DNA from: an uncultured Veillonellaceae bacterium
GTDB taxonomy: Bacteria > Bacillota > Negativicutes > JARBTT01
Assembly: GCA_963805085.1 (NCBI GenBank)
Contig: CAWDTA010000002.1
Span: 832,001-896,000 of the forward strand
Direction: 5' to 3'
Length of the DNA stretch: 64,000 nucleotides
This document shows positions 28,644 through 38,942 of the stretch, piece by piece (position 1 is the first letter of the stretch; each line of letters starts with the position of its first letter). Position numbers and translations under genes: made by a program. The notes below the pieces were generated by a model that searched no databases, had not been told where the DNA came from, and worked only from the letters and a program-made list of their open reading frames with translations.

Positions 28644-29410
28644 TGAATTTACTTAAAGCCGAAAAAGTCTCTAAAGTATTTGGTGGGTTAAAAGCAGTTT
28701 CAAATTTCGATATGCATATTGACAAAGGTGAACTGATTGGGTTGATTGGTCCAAATGGTGCCGGAAAAACAACAGCATTTAACCTTTTAACTGGTGTTTA
28801 TCAACCAACAACGGGTGCGATTGAATTTGATGGCAAAAGCGTAATTGGCCTGAAACCATTCCAAATTACGCAAGGCGGGATTGCCCGTACATTCCAAAAT
28901 ATTCGTTTATTTTCTGAGCTTAGCGTGCTTGATAATGTAAAAATCGCATATCATTCTCACGTAGAATATGGTTTAGTCGAAGCAGTTCTTCGCGTTGGCC
29001 GTTATTTCAGGGAAGAAGATGAGATTGAACAAAAAGCAATTGATTTCTTGAAAATTTTCAAATTAGAACATAAAAAAGATGAAATTGCTAAGAATTTACC
29101 ATATGGTGAACAACGCCGCTTAGAAATTGCGCGTGCACTTGCTGCAAAACCAAAACTGTTGTTATTAGATGAGCCAGCAGCAGGGATGAATCCGCAAGAA
29201 ACACAAGCGTTGATGGAAATGATTAGTTGGATTCGTAAAGAGTTTGGTTTGACCATTCTATTAATCGAACATGATATGAACTTGGTAATGGGAATCTGCG
29301 AAAGAATCTATGTATTGGAATATGGTAGCATTATCGCTCATGGTACGCCAAACGAAATTAAGAACAATCCACAAGTTATCAAAGCTTATCTTGGGGAAGA
29401 GGTGGAATAA
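28643..29410 (+). CDS. livG: ABC ATPase LivG
   Basis: GPNGAGKTT, RTFQNIRLF, LPYG and LLDEPAAG motifs. Confidence 0.95.
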   Translation: MNLLKAEKVSKVFGGLKAVSNFDMHIDKGELIGLIGPNGAGKTTAFNLLTGVYQPTTGAIEFDGKSVIGLKPFQITQGGIARTFQNIRLFSELSVLDNVKIAYHSHVEYGLVEAVLRVGRYFREEDEIEQKAIDFLKIFKLEHKKDEIAKNLPYGEQRRLEIARALAAKPKLLLLDEPAAGMNPQETQALMEMISWIRKEFGLTILLIEHDMNLVMGICERIYVLEYGSIIAHGTPNEIKNNPQVIKAYLGEEVE

Positions 29411-30114
29411 TGCTTAATATTGAAAATATCAATGTATATTATGGGGCAATTCATGCCATAAAAGATATTAGTATCAATGTAACAGAGGGTGAGATCGTAA
29501 CGTTAATTGGTGCGAATGGTGCTGGTAAAAGTACAACGCTTCGTACTATTTCTGGTCTATTAAAACCGAGATCGGGTAAGATTGACTTTGAAGGACAAAA
29601 CATTGCGGGTATTCCTGCGCAAGCAATTGTGAAACAAGGAATTTCTCAAGTTCCTGAAGGACGTCGCGTATTTGCGAACATGACGGTATTGGAAAACCTT
29701 GAATTAGGTGCTTATATTAGAAAAGATAAAGCTGGCATTAAAGAAGATTTGAATTCTGTCTTTGAACGCTTTCCACGTCTGCTAGAGCGTAAAATTCAAC
29801 TCGCAGGTACACTAAGTGGTGGGGAACAACAAATGTTAGCGATGGGGCGTGCACTCATGAGTCGTCCGCGTTTATTGCTACTTGACGAACCATCGATGGG
29901 GCTTGCACCATTACTTGTAAAAGAAATATTCTCTATTGTAAAAGAAATTAATCAGACAGGCACTACCGTTTTATTAGTAGAGCAAAATGCGAACATGGCC
30001 TTGTCCATCGCGCATAAAGCATATGTACTTGAAACAGGTAGAATTACTCTGTCTGGTGATGCAAAAAAACTTGCAGCGAGTGAAGACGTACGTAAGGCAT
30101 ACCTTGGTGGTTAA
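29410..30114 (+). CDS. livF: ABC ATPase LivF
   Basis: GANGAGKST, LSGGEQQM and DEPSMGLAP motifs. Confidence 0.95.
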   Translation: MLNIENINVYYGAIHAIKDISINVTEGEIVTLIGANGAGKSTTLRTISGLLKPRSGKIDFEGQNIAGIPAQAIVKQGISQVPEGRRVFANMTVLENLELGAYIRKDKAGIKEDLNSVFERFPRLLERKIQLAGTLSGGEQQMLAMGRALMSRPRLLLLDEPSMGLAPLLVKEIFSIVKEINQTGTTVLLVEQNANMALSIAHKAYVLETGRITLSGDAKKLAASEDVRKAYLGG

Positions 30115-30193
30115 TTTGTTTTTTATTGAAAGTCTTTAATAGTAAGGTATATAATCAAAATATAATGATGCAAGTTGAGAGGAGTGTTCTATT

Positions 30194-30844
30194 ATGTTCG
30201 TAGCTAATAGAATGACAAAAAATCCAATAGTGGTTGCCCCTAATGATAAAGTTGATGAAGCAGCTCTTATAATGAAGCAGCACGGTTTTCGTCGTCTTCC
30301 AGTTGTAGATCAAGGGCAGGTTGTTGGTTTTTTTAGTGATCGTGATTTGATGAAAGTTACCCCATCACCAGCAACGACTTTGTCAAAATATGAAGTAAAC
30401 TCCTTATTAGCGAAAATGACAGTAAAAGAAATCATGACGAGAAAAGTAATTACAATTAGTGCTGATGCGACAATTGAAGAAGCGGCTCTTATCATGTACA
30501 AACAAAAAATTGGTGGGATGCCAGTTATTAGTAGTACAAATTCACTAGTAGGGATTATCACTGAAACAGATATTTTTAAAGCTTTTGTTGATATTATGAT
30601 TCTTACTGAGCCATCCACACGTATCACAATTAGTGGTGAGGACGCAATTGGTGTTATTCATGGAGTAACGACCGTGTTTGCCGATATGGCAATCAATATT
30701 ACTAGTTTAGTAAGTACGAAAAAAGCAAGTGAAGCTGGTAAATATGACCTCGTTGTTCGTGCACAAATTGATGATGTCGAAGCCGTGAAGGCAAAATTAG
30801 CTGAAAAGGGTTATCAAGTAACGAGTGCAGTGAAAATTGGCTAA
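30194..30844 (+). CDS. CBS-pair plus ACT domain protein (AcuB-like)
   Basis: Two CBS domains (SPATTLS, GIITETD) and a C-terminal ACT-like domain. Confidence 0.85.
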   Translation: MFVANRMTKNPIVVAPNDKVDEAALIMKQHGFRRLPVVDQGQVVGFFSDRDLMKVTPSPATTLSKYEVNSLLAKMTVKEIMTRKVITISADATIEEAALIMYKQKIGGMPVISSTNSLVGIITETDIFKAFVDIMILTEPSTRITISGEDAIGVIHGVTTVFADMAINITSLVSTKKASEAGKYDLVVRAQIDDVEAVKAKLAEKGYQVTSAVKIG

Positions 30845-30930
30845 AATGACTATCGTTATCAATTATAAATAAAATTTATATCTCTGGCAAAAAGTATTTA
30901 CAATCTTTCCTTGCATATGGTAATATATTT

Positions 30931-31003
30931 GCAAGGAGCAGGCGCTTAGTTTACTAGGCAGCCGGGCGTAAAGCAGCAGAGTAATGCCTGTGGGACCATC
31001 TTG
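30931..31003 (+). ncRNA. NiCo (czcD) metal-sensing riboswitch aptamer
   Basis: Conserved blocks GAGCAGGC...GCAGCCGGGC...GCAGCAG...CTGTGGGAC; lies upstream of a CDF transporter and overlaps a terminator. Confidence 0.85.
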
Positions 31004-31025
31004 ATGGTTCTGCGGGCATTTTTTT
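30983..31025 (+). terminator. riboswitch expression-platform terminator
   Basis: AATGCCTGTGGGACCATC/GATGGTTCTGCGGGCATT plus T tract. Confidence 0.85.
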
Positions 31026-31166
31026 GTTCTATAATAAAAATTTATAGAAAAAGGTGTACTTTAGAATCTATAGGTTCATTATATATAGAAGGAGTAATCA
31101 GTGATGAAAGAAATCTCTAGTTGTGATAACTACAATGCCTTTGAGGTAGATAGTGGAGGCGATTAT

Positions 31167-32084
31167 ATGAGTGAAGAACAAAAGAATAATGCCTTGAAAC
31201 AGCGTACAGCTTGGTTATCGATTATATCTAATACCTTATTGGTTATCCTAAAATTAATTGTTGGGCTATATACTGGAGCGGTTAGCTTGGTGTCAGAAGC
31301 GGTACACTCGACAGTTGATTTATTAGCGGCAGTGATTGCTTTTTACGCAGTAAAGACTGCGGTTGAACCACCAGACGAAAAGCATGAATACGGACATGGT
31401 AAGTTTGAAAATTTATCAAGCGCCGTGGAGGCACTATTAATCGTTTTTGCAGCGGTTTGGATTGTCTATGAATCGGTGCATAAATTAAGTAATTTGAGTG
31501 AACCAGAATACTTAGAATACGGGATTGTGATAATGATCATTTCTATCATTATCAATTATTTTGTATCGGGTAGATTGATGAAAGTTGCCAAACAAACGCA
31601 CTCGCAAGCACTAGAGGCCGATGGTTTACATTTAAGAGCGGATATATGGACCTCTGTTGGTGTATTAGCTGGCTTAGTTGCGATCAAATTAACGGGCTGG
31701 TTATGGCTAGATCCAGTAAGTGCGATTTTAGTTGCCGGGATTATCTTTAAAGCTGGTTATGAAATGACAGTGGCAAGTGCCAAAGAACTGACGGATATCA
31801 GTTTGCCAATCGAAGATGAAAAGATCATTGAAGACATTTTTAATGAGCATAAAGCCGTTATTGATTTTCATAAACTTAGAACACGGCGTTCTGGCGCGTA
31901 TCGCTTGCTTGATGTGCATATTATTTTAGATAAAGATATGCATCTTGATAAGGTGCATGATATCTGTGATCAATTGGAGCATAAAATTAAAGTTGCCCTT
32001 GGTATGTGTGATGTCGTGATTCATGCCGAACCATCAAGCCATAAAGCTGAAGCTGATTTTTTTAGGCAGAGTGAACAAAAATAG
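31167..32084 (+). CDS. cation diffusion facilitator (CDF) metal efflux transporter
   Basis: EAVHSTVD, HEYGHGKFE and HLRAD motifs; C-terminal dimerisation domain; alternative upstream start at 31101/31104. Confidence 0.92.
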   Translation: MSEEQKNNALKQRTAWLSIISNTLLVILKLIVGLYTGAVSLVSEAVHSTVDLLAAVIAFYAVKTAVEPPDEKHEYGHGKFENLSSAVEALLIVFAAVWIVYESVHKLSNLSEPEYLEYGIVIMIISIIINYFVSGRLMKVAKQTHSQALEADGLHLRADIWTSVGVLAGLVAIKLTGWLWLDPVSAILVAGIIFKAGYEMTVASAKELTDISLPIEDEKIIEDIFNEHKAVIDFHKLRTRRSGAYRLLDVHIILDKDMHLDKVHDICDQLEHKIKVALGMCDVVIHAEPSSHKAEADFFRQSEQK

Positions 32085-32125
32085 AAAAATAGGATAGTTA
32101 TGAATTTCATAACTATCCTATTTTC
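32084..32125. terminator. bidirectional terminator
   Basis: AAAATAGGATAGTTATGAA/TTCATAACTATCCTATTTT between convergent genes. Confidence 0.75.
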
Positions 32126-32172
32126 TTACCATAAAAACAAGCGGTGAAGACTAATATTTCCCGGCAATAACT

Positions 32173-32955
32173 TTAGTATTTATATAAGTTAGGCTTTCTG
32201 TCATTAAACACGTTAATCGTAGTACGAATCTCTGCTAACAAATCTAAATTTAATGCTGCTGTTACAATTGCTTCTTTTTCGTCAGCTTGCTTTAGGACAT
32301 TACCCCAAGGATCAATTAACATCGAATTGCCAGCTAAATGAAAGTTTTTAAAGGATCCAGCACCATTGATTGCTGCAACGAAAAATTGATTTTCAATCGC
32401 ACGGGCTTGGTTTAATATTTGCCAATGGGTTAGACGTTCTAGTGGCCAGGCGGCTGGGACGAATAGGAGATCAATGCCTTCTAAAGCAAGCATTCGAACG
32501 AGTTCACAGAAACGAATATCATAACAAATAATCACTGCACATTTTACTCCGTCAAGCATAAAGATACTAAGTTTATCTCCAGTAGAAAAAAACTGGTTCT
32601 CCTTGGATGGGGAAAAAAGATGAATTTTATGATAGGTTGCAATCTCCTCGCCTTGCCGATTGAAGGTATAGTTGGTGTTGTATAACTGTTCTCCAATGCG
32701 GTTCGCGATAGAGCCACCTACAATATTGACATTGTACTTTTTCGCTAATGTACTTAAAAATGTCCGTGCTTTTTGCCCGTTTTTATCAGCAAAATCAATA
32801 ATTGGTTTAGGAAAAAAGCCAACATTCCACATTTCTGGTAATGCAAGTACATCAGGTTTCTCTTGCATCGCTTTTTCAGTGGCTGCGAGGACGGAAACTT
32901 TATTTTTTTCAAAATCACCCAAGACAATATGTATTTGGAGTAATGATAGTTTCAT
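32173..32955 (-). CDS. carbon-nitrogen hydrolase (omega-amidase/MtnU-like)
   Basis: Catalytic triad motifs LPEMW, YHKIHLF and ICYDIRF; RAIENQ. Confidence 0.9.
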   Translation of the reverse strand: MKLSLLQIHIVLGDFEKNKVSVLAATEKAMQEKPDVLALPEMWNVGFFPKPIIDFADKNGQKARTFLSTLAKKYNVNIVGGSIANRIGEQLYNTNYTFNRQGEEIATYHKIHLFSPSKENQFFSTGDKLSIFMLDGVKCAVIICYDIRFCELVRMLALEGIDLLFVPAAWPLERLTHWQILNQARAIENQFFVAAINGAGSFKNFHLAGNSMLIDPWGNVLKQADEKEAIVTAALNLDLLAEIRTTINVFNDRKPNLYKY

Positions 32956-33214
32956 GGTAGTTTAACCTCACAATTTTTGTCTTTGTAATAGGAAAACGAT
33001 ACTTAGCTGATTTTATACTTTATCTGGAGCTATTTCTGCATAGGTTTTGTAATTCCTTGTTATTTGGAAGATAAACGCTAAGTTTATTTATGTCTACAGG
33101 AAATATCATATAAGATGACTATAGGAACATAACATTGATCCCAGTAAGAGTATCCTTACCATTTTGGCTTAGGTTATACGAATCATTTAGAAAAGTTAAA
33201 ATGAAGTTGTTGGG

Positions 33215-33679
33215 CTACTCAGTATCTGTTTTATCTGATGGAGCCGCAGGTTGCTGCTTTGGGCAGGCAAAACTGCAATCTGGATTCAGCGGGTCTGGCG
33301 GCGAAAAACAAGAATTTTCCTCGCAATAACAGGTTAAAATGCGCCGTAAAACTTCAATTTCGATAATTTCTTCAATGGTATGCTCTTCAATGGGATTTTG
33401 GGCTAAACTAAAGAAGTCAATTGGAGCACAGGTCGTGCTTAAAAATTGAGCCAAGAATTTGATTTTACAACAGAGTAATTCTAATAAAATATCGATCAAT
33501 GTTCCGCTACGGTCAAAGCGAATAATTGCTCGTTCGTAAACTTCAATTGGCACGCCCGGTGTTCGACCGATTTCTTCAGCAGAGCCAACCAATAACCGAT
33601 AGCTACTAGATAATGAAGCGAGATTAGGGACTAGAGCGTTAACATCAGAAATAATGGCACTTAAAATTGGCGTAGCCAT
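33215..33679 (-). CDS. Cys-rich hypothetical protein, possible spore coat/exosporium protein
   Basis: GAGAGGTG SD before ATG 33679; LLCCK motif and a C-terminal Cys/Pro cluster; sigmaK-like promoter. Confidence 0.65.
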   Translation of the reverse strand: MATPILSAIISDVNALVPNLASLSSSYRLLVGSAEEIGRTPGVPIEVYERAIIRFDRSGTLIDILLELLCCKIKFLAQFLSTTCAPIDFFSLAQNPIEEHTIEEIIEIEVLRRILTCYCEENSCFSPPDPLNPDCSFACPKQQPAAPSDKTDTE

Positions 33680-33712
33680 AACAGAAATCACCTCTCATAC
33701 AGTTGCTACATC

Positions 33713-33741
33713 ATAGTATGCCATAAGTCCTTTCTTGGTGA
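33713..33741 (-). promoter_or_regulatory. sigmaK-like mother-cell promoter
   Basis: Minus strand TCACC-N16-CATACTAT. Confidence 0.55.
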
Positions 33742-33833
33742 AGGCAGGATTGAGTAAGTAAATAGAGAATTATATACTTTAAAAGTAAAATAACAATTAA
33801 TAAATTCATACCAATGAAAGGTAGGTGAACAGC

Positions 33834-34037
33834 GTGGAAAGAGTTCACTATGATATTGGGGACACTGTAAAAATGAAAAAAGTACATCCATGTGGTACCG
33901 ATTTGTGGGAAATTACTCGTACGGGCATCGATTTCGGTGTAAAATGCAAAGGTTGTGGTCGCTTCGTTATGATACCGCGCCCAAAATTTGAAAAGGCAGT
34001 GAAAGCAATCATTGCAAAAAAGCAGGTAGAAGAATAA
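33834..34037 (+). CDS. DUF951-family protein (YyzM-like)
   Basis: KKVHPCG, RTGID and KCKGCGR motifs; conserved position upstream of ychF; start could be 33825. Confidence 0.88.
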   Translation: MERVHYDIGDTVKMKKVHPCGTDLWEITRTGIDFGVKCKGCGRFVMIPRPKFEKAVKAIIAKKQVEE

Positions 34038-34103
34038 TTTGATAACAAAATGGAAAGAAAAATTAATTTCGTGTAAATGTTTGTTAAACCATTATAAATT
34101 CTA

Positions 34104-34133
34104 TTGACAGATTCCTACACCTTCGAATATAAT
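34104..34133 (+). promoter_or_regulatory. sigmaA promoter P1, upstream of the ZTP riboswitch
   Basis: TTGACA-N18-TATAAT. Confidence 0.7.
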
Positions 34134-34157
34134 AACCTCATAAAACAAAATATTTAT

Positions 34158-34227
34158 AATACAGAACTGGCGGAACAAGTGGTTTACCACGGGGGACTGT
34201 ATTTTTTAAAAGCCGACCGCCTGGGCA
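34158..34227 (+). ncRNA. ZMP/ZTP (pfl) riboswitch
   Basis: AATACAG-aACTGGCGGAA..GTGG..CCACGGGGGA-CTGTATT, then a linker and GCCGACCGCCTGGGCA; lies upstream of pflB. Confidence 0.92.
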
Positions 34228-34254
34228 TAGTTATCTAAGCTCAGGTGGTTTTTT
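34216..34254 (+). terminator. ZTP riboswitch terminator
   Basis: ACCGCCTGGGC/GCTCAGGTGGT plus T tract, overlapping the 3' aptamer hairpin. Confidence 0.85.
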
Positions 34255-34372
34255 GTCGTTTTCTTAGGGTGATTTTTAGCTCACAAAAAGCGAATGAGTG
34301 CAAAAATGATGAATCAAAAAGGAGGTAACAATATAAATTTAGTACCAGATATTAAAAGTTACTCATATTACC

Positions 34373-34402
34373 TTGACACATATTGTTTAACTCGAATATA
34401 AT
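34373..34402 (+). promoter_or_regulatory. sigmaA promoter P2, downstream of the riboswitch
   Basis: TTGACA-N18-TATAAT. Confidence 0.7.
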
Positions 34403-34516
34403 AAGCACATCAAGAACATAATAATCTAATATTGCAGGACTTAAAATAGCGCTGTTTATGGGGAAATTTTTAACGTTCTTAGTGATATTTTTATTGATGA
34501 AATAGGAGGAGTTCTC

Positions 34517-36742
34517 ATGAAAAATTGGCAAGAATTTAAAGAAGGTAATTGGCAACAATTCATAGATGTAAGAAATTTTATTCAAACAAACTATAAACCT
34601 TATGAAGGTGATGATAGCTTTTTAACGGGGATTACTGGCAAAACCAAAGCGGTTTGGGAAGTATGTAAAAATTTATTAGCGGAAGAAAATGAAAAAGGGA
34701 TCCTTGATGTCGATACAAAAATTGTTTCTACTACGACATCGCATAGAGCTGGTTATATTGATAAAGAAAACGAAGTTATTTTTGGTTTACAAACTGATGC
34801 TCCATTAAAACGCGGTGTGATCGTCAATGGTGGAGTTCGCATGGCAGAGCAAGCTTGCGAAGAATACGGGTATGAATTAGATCAAAAAATCAAAGATATC
34901 TATACAAATAATGTGACAACCCATAATAGTGCGGTATTTAGCATTTATACTCCAGAAATGCGTAATGCGCGTAAACTAGGCATCATCACAGGCTTACCAG
35001 ATGCATATGGTCGTGGACGAATCATTGGTGATTATCGTCGCGTAGCGCTTTATGGAATCAACCGTTTAATCACAGAAAAACAAAAAGACTTAAATGAAAA
35101 GTTCAATGTGCCAATGACAGAGGAAACTTTACGCAGCCGTGATGAAATCGCTAAACAAATTGCCGCACTCAAAGATTTAATTACCATGGGTAAAGAATAT
35201 GGCTTTGATATGAGTGAGCCTGCCAAAGATGCCAAAGAAGCAGTGCAATGGGTATACTTCGGCTATCTTGCAGCGATTAAAGATCAAAATGGTGCAGCGA
35301 TGTCTATTGGTCGTGTATCGACATTCTTAGATATTTATATTTCTCGGGATATTGAAAATGGTATTTTAACCGAAAGTGGCGCGCAAGAATTGATGGATCA
35401 ATTTGTCATCAAACTTCGTCTTGCTCGGATGCTTAGAACACCGGAATATAATGAGTTGTTTGCCGGCGATCCACTTTGGGTAACAGAGTCGATTGGCGGA
35501 ATTGGACAAGATGGTCGTTCTTTGGTAACCAAAAACTCTTATCGTGTACTTCATACCTTATATAATTTAGGGCCAGCACCAGAACCAAATTTAACAGTGC
35601 TTTGGTCAGAAAAGTTACCAAGTAACTTCAAAGAATTCTGTGCACAAGTATCGATTGATACAAGCGCAATCCAATATGAAAATGATGAAGTAATGCGTCC
35701 AATTTACGGGGATGATTATGGTATCGCTTGTTGTGTATCAGCGATGCAAATTGGACACCAAATGCAATTCTTTGGTGCACGGGCAAACTTAGCAAAATCA
35801 TTATTGCTTGCCATTAATGGCGGCTTAGATGAAAATGCTGCAAAACAATTAGCACCAGCAATGCCAATTGTCGATGGTGAATATTTAGATTATGAAGTTG
35901 TTCGCAAAAATTACTCTAAAGTACTCGCATGGCTCGCGGGCCTTTATGTAAATACCATGAATTTAATCCATTTTATGCATGATAAACACGCCTATGAAGC
36001 AGGGCAAATGGCGCTTCATGATAGCGAAGTAAAACGTTTGATGGCGTTTGGCGTAGCTGGACTTTCCGTGGCAGTTGACTCACTTAGTGCCATTCGCTAT
36101 GCAAAAGTAAAAGCAATCCGTGATGAAAACGGTATTGCTAAAGAATTTGCAATCGAAGGTGAATTCCCAATGTACGGTAACAATGATCCACGTGTAGATA
36201 GCTTAGCAAAAGAAATTACGCATGAATTTATTACGGAACTTAGAAAACATGGAACGTATCGCAAGGCAGAACATACGTTATCGGTACTTACGATTACCTC
36301 TAATGTTATGTATGGTAAGAAAACTGGGGCAACTCCTGATGGACGTAAAGCTGGCGAAGCGTTTGCGCCAGGGGCAAACCCAATGCATGGTCGTGATAGA
36401 CATGGCGCATTGGCGGCGATGAAGTCGGTAACAAATATTTCTTATGATGATTGTCGTGATGGTATTTCTTATACCTTCTCGATTATTCCTGCCGCACTTG
36501 GTAAAAATGCCGATGCGCGTGCGAAAAATCTAGTAGCTTTATTGGATGGTTATTCTGCTTGCCATGGTCATCATATCAATATCAATGTATTTGATCGGGC
36601 GCTACTTGAAGCAGCAATGAAAGAACCGGAAAATTATCCGCAACTTACCATCCGTGTATCTGGTTATGCAGTTAATTTCGTAAAACTTAGTAAGGCGCAT
36701 CAATTGGAAGTAATTAAACGTACTTTCTATGAAGCAGTTTAA
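34517..36742 (+). CDS. pflB: pyruvate formate-lyase
   Basis: [23 protein letters not shown] active site and TIRVSGY glycyl-radical motif. Confidence 0.97.
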   Translation: MKNWQEFKEGNWQQFIDVRNFIQTNYKPYEGDDSFLTGITGKTKAVWEVCKNLLAEENEKGILDVDTKIVSTTTSHRAGYIDKENEVIFGLQTDAPLKRGVIVNGGVRMAEQACEEYGYELDQKIKDIYTNNVTTHNSAVFSIYTPEMRNARKLGIITGLPDAYGRGRIIGDYRRVALYGINRLITEKQKDLNEKFNVPMTEETLRSRDEIAKQIAALKDLITMGKEYGFDMSEPAKDAKEAVQWVYFGYLAAIKDQNGAAMSIGRVSTFLDIYISRDIENGILTESGAQELMDQFVIKLRLARMLRTPEYNELFAGDPLWVTESIGGIGQDGRSLVTKNSYRVLHTLYNLGPAPEPNLTVLWSEKLPSNFKEFCAQVSIDTSAIQYENDEVMRPIYGDDYGIACCVSAMQIGHQMQFFGARANLAKSLLLAINGGLDENAAKQLAPAMPIVDGEYLDYEVVRKNYSKVLAWLAGLYVNTMNLIHFMHDKHAYEAGQMALHDSEVKRLMAFGVAGLSVAVDSLSAIRYAKVKAIRDENGIAKEFAIEGEFPMYGNNDPRVDSLAKEITHEFITELRKHGTYRKAEHTLSVLTITSNVMYGKKTGATPDGRKAGEAFAPGANPMHGRDRHGALAAMKSVTNISYDDCRDGISYTFSIIPAALGKNADARAKNLVALLDGYSACHGHHININVFDRALLEAAMKEPENYPQLTIRVSGYAVNFVKLSKAHQLEVIKRTFYEAV

Positions 36743-37466
36743 CATGGTCGGATATTATCATTCCAAAGAAACCTTTGGCACCGTTGATGGTAAAGGGATT
36801 CGTTACGTACTATTTTTGGCAGGGTGCAGCTTAGGCTGTGCCTTTTGCCATAATCCAGATAGCTGGGCACGTGGTGATAAGACGATTACGGTAGAGGAAG
36901 TAATTGCCGATGTCGAGCAGTATCGCAATTTTTATGAGTCCTCGGGTGGCGGCATTACAGTAAGCGGTGGCGAACCATTGCTGCAATCAGAGTTTGTAGC
37001 CACACTATTTGCAGCCTGTCATAAAGCAAAGATTCATACAACGGTAGATACAGCTGGCTTTTATCAGCAAGATCTCCTTGATGCAGTTCTAGAACATACC
37101 GATCATGTGTTGTTTTCCTTGAAGGCGGTGGCTTCAAAAATTCATCAGTACTTAACAAAGGCTGATAACAAAAAAATCTTAGAGAATCTAGCGTACATTG
37201 CAAAACGTAAACCAATATCGCTTCGTTATGTGGTGGTTCCTGGGGTAAATGATGTTGCTGAAGAAATTGATGGCTTAGCCGATTTAATCAAAAAAATCGG
37301 TGGGGATGTAAAAGTAGAATTACTCGGGTATCATACGATGGGCGTTTATAAATGGAAGGAGCTTGGTATGGAGTACAAGCTTGCTGATGTGAAAGCTGCC
37401 AGCAAAGAAGATGTGCAAAAAGTACGAGTAGAATTAGAAAAAGCCGGAATTGAGATGCAATATTAA
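36729..37466 (+). CDS. pflA: pyruvate formate-lyase activating enzyme (radical SAM)
   Basis: [19 protein letters not shown] and SGGEP motifs; start may be ATG 36744. Confidence 0.94.
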   Translation: MKQFNMVGYYHSKETFGTVDGKGIRYVLFLAGCSLGCAFCHNPDSWARGDKTITVEEVIADVEQYRNFYESSGGGITVSGGEPLLQSEFVATLFAACHKAKIHTTVDTAGFYQQDLLDAVLEHTDHVLFSLKAVASKIHQYLTKADNKKILENLAYIAKRKPISLRYVVVPGVNDVAEEIDGLADLIKKIGGDVKVELLGYHTMGVYKWKELGMEYKLADVKAASKEDVQKVRVELEKAGIEMQY

Positions 37467-37711
37467 TTGCTACGTTGTAAAATAAATAAAATGGATAGAA
37501 ATATCGGATGCTAGTAGAGTATCCGATATTTTTTTCATCATAAGCATAAGAGGGCACAATCGTTTCGTAAAATAGGGCTAGGTATTGCAATTAAATCCTA
37601 GATACTCTACAATTATAGGGACTTGGTTTTTATTAAATATAGATGCATTTGTAAGGACAATCGCTGTCCATTTCAATAAAATAATATTAGAATAAGGTGG
37701 AATTTTCATTT

Positions 37712-38818
37712 ATGAGTAATTTAGAAGTAGGTATCGTTGGATTACCTAACGTTGGCAAGAGTACACTGTTTAATGCGATAACAAAAGCTGGTGCTGAGGC
37801 GGCCAATTATCCGTTCTGTACTATTGAACCGAATGTTGGGGTCGTAGATGTACCAGATCCTCGTTTAGAGGTATTAAGCGACATGAACAGTGCGAGAAGA
37901 ATTGTTCCAGCATCCATCCGTTTCGTGGATATTGCAGGCCTTGTAAAAGGTGCAGCACAAGGGGAAGGTTTGGGCAATAAATTCTTGTCGCACATTCGTC
38001 AAGTAGATGCGGTTGCGCAAGTAATTCGTTGTTTTATTGATGAGAATATTACACATGTTGAAGGAAATATCGATCCATTGCGAGATATCGAAATCATCAA
38101 TACTGAATTGTGCTTAGCTGATCTGGAATCCGTTGAAAAACGTATGGAACGTTCTCAAAAAATGGTGAAAAGCGGCGATAAAAAAGCAAAAGTAGAAATG
38201 GATTTACTGACCCGCATTAAAGACATGTTAGGTGAGGCATTGCCAGCTCGGCGTGTAGAAATGAATGAAGATGAATTATTAATCGTTCGCGATTTAAATC
38301 TTTTAACTTTAAAACCGATTCTTTTCGTAGCAAATGTTGCGGAAGATGAAGTAGCAACTGCTGAAGCAGAAAATGCCTACGTACAAAAAGTAAAAGAATA
38401 TGCAAAACACGAGGGGGCAGAAGTCATCGTTGTTTCTGCAAAAGTAGAGTCTGAAATTGCTGAACTTGGTGATGAAGATGCGAAAGACTTCTTAGCAGAA
38501 CTAGGCTTAGAACAATCTGGTTTGGATAAATTAATCAAGGCTTCTTTCAAATTATTAGGACTGATCACGTTCTTAACTGCTGGGGTGCAAGAGGTCCACG
38601 CTTGGACAATCACAGAAGGTACCAAAGCACCAGAAGCTGGTGGTAAAATCCATAGTGATATCGAACGTGGTTTTATCCGAGCAGAAATTGTCTCTTACGA
38701 TGACCTGATTGCCGCTGGCAGTCAAAATGCAGCAAAAGAAAAAGGACAAGTTCGTCTTGAAGGTAAAGAATATATCATGAAAGACGGCGATGTAACGTAT
38801 TTCCGTTTTAATGTTTGA
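37712..38818 (+). CDS. ychF: redox-regulated ATPase YchF
   Basis: GLPNVGKST, NYPFCTIEPN, DIAGLV and TGS domain. Confidence 0.97.
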   Translation: MSNLEVGIVGLPNVGKSTLFNAITKAGAEAANYPFCTIEPNVGVVDVPDPRLEVLSDMNSARRIVPASIRFVDIAGLVKGAAQGEGLGNKFLSHIRQVDAVAQVIRCFIDENITHVEGNIDPLRDIEIINTELCLADLESVEKRMERSQKMVKSGDKKAKVEMDLLTRIKDMLGEALPARRVEMNEDELLIVRDLNLLTLKPILFVANVAEDEVATAEAENAYVQKVKEYAKHEGAEVIVVSAKVESEIAELGDEDAKDFLAELGLEQSGLDKLIKASFKLLGLITFLTAGVQEVHAWTITEGTKAPEAGGKIHSDIERGFIRAEIVSYDDLIAAGSQNAAKEKGQVRLEGKEYIMKDGDVTYFRFNV

Positions 38819-38838
38819 TTTCAATCTTATATAATTTT

Positions 38839-38866
38839 AAAGACCTGCTATATTAGCAGGTCTTTT
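38839..38866 (+). terminator. intrinsic terminator after ychF
   Basis: AAAGACCTGCTA/TAGCAGGTCTTT. Confidence 0.75.
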
Positions 38867-38942
38867 GTGTTATTATAAAGCTATTATTGATGATGCCACT
38901 TTTTTTGCGATACGATAGATATATTCTTTGGGGGATGATTTT

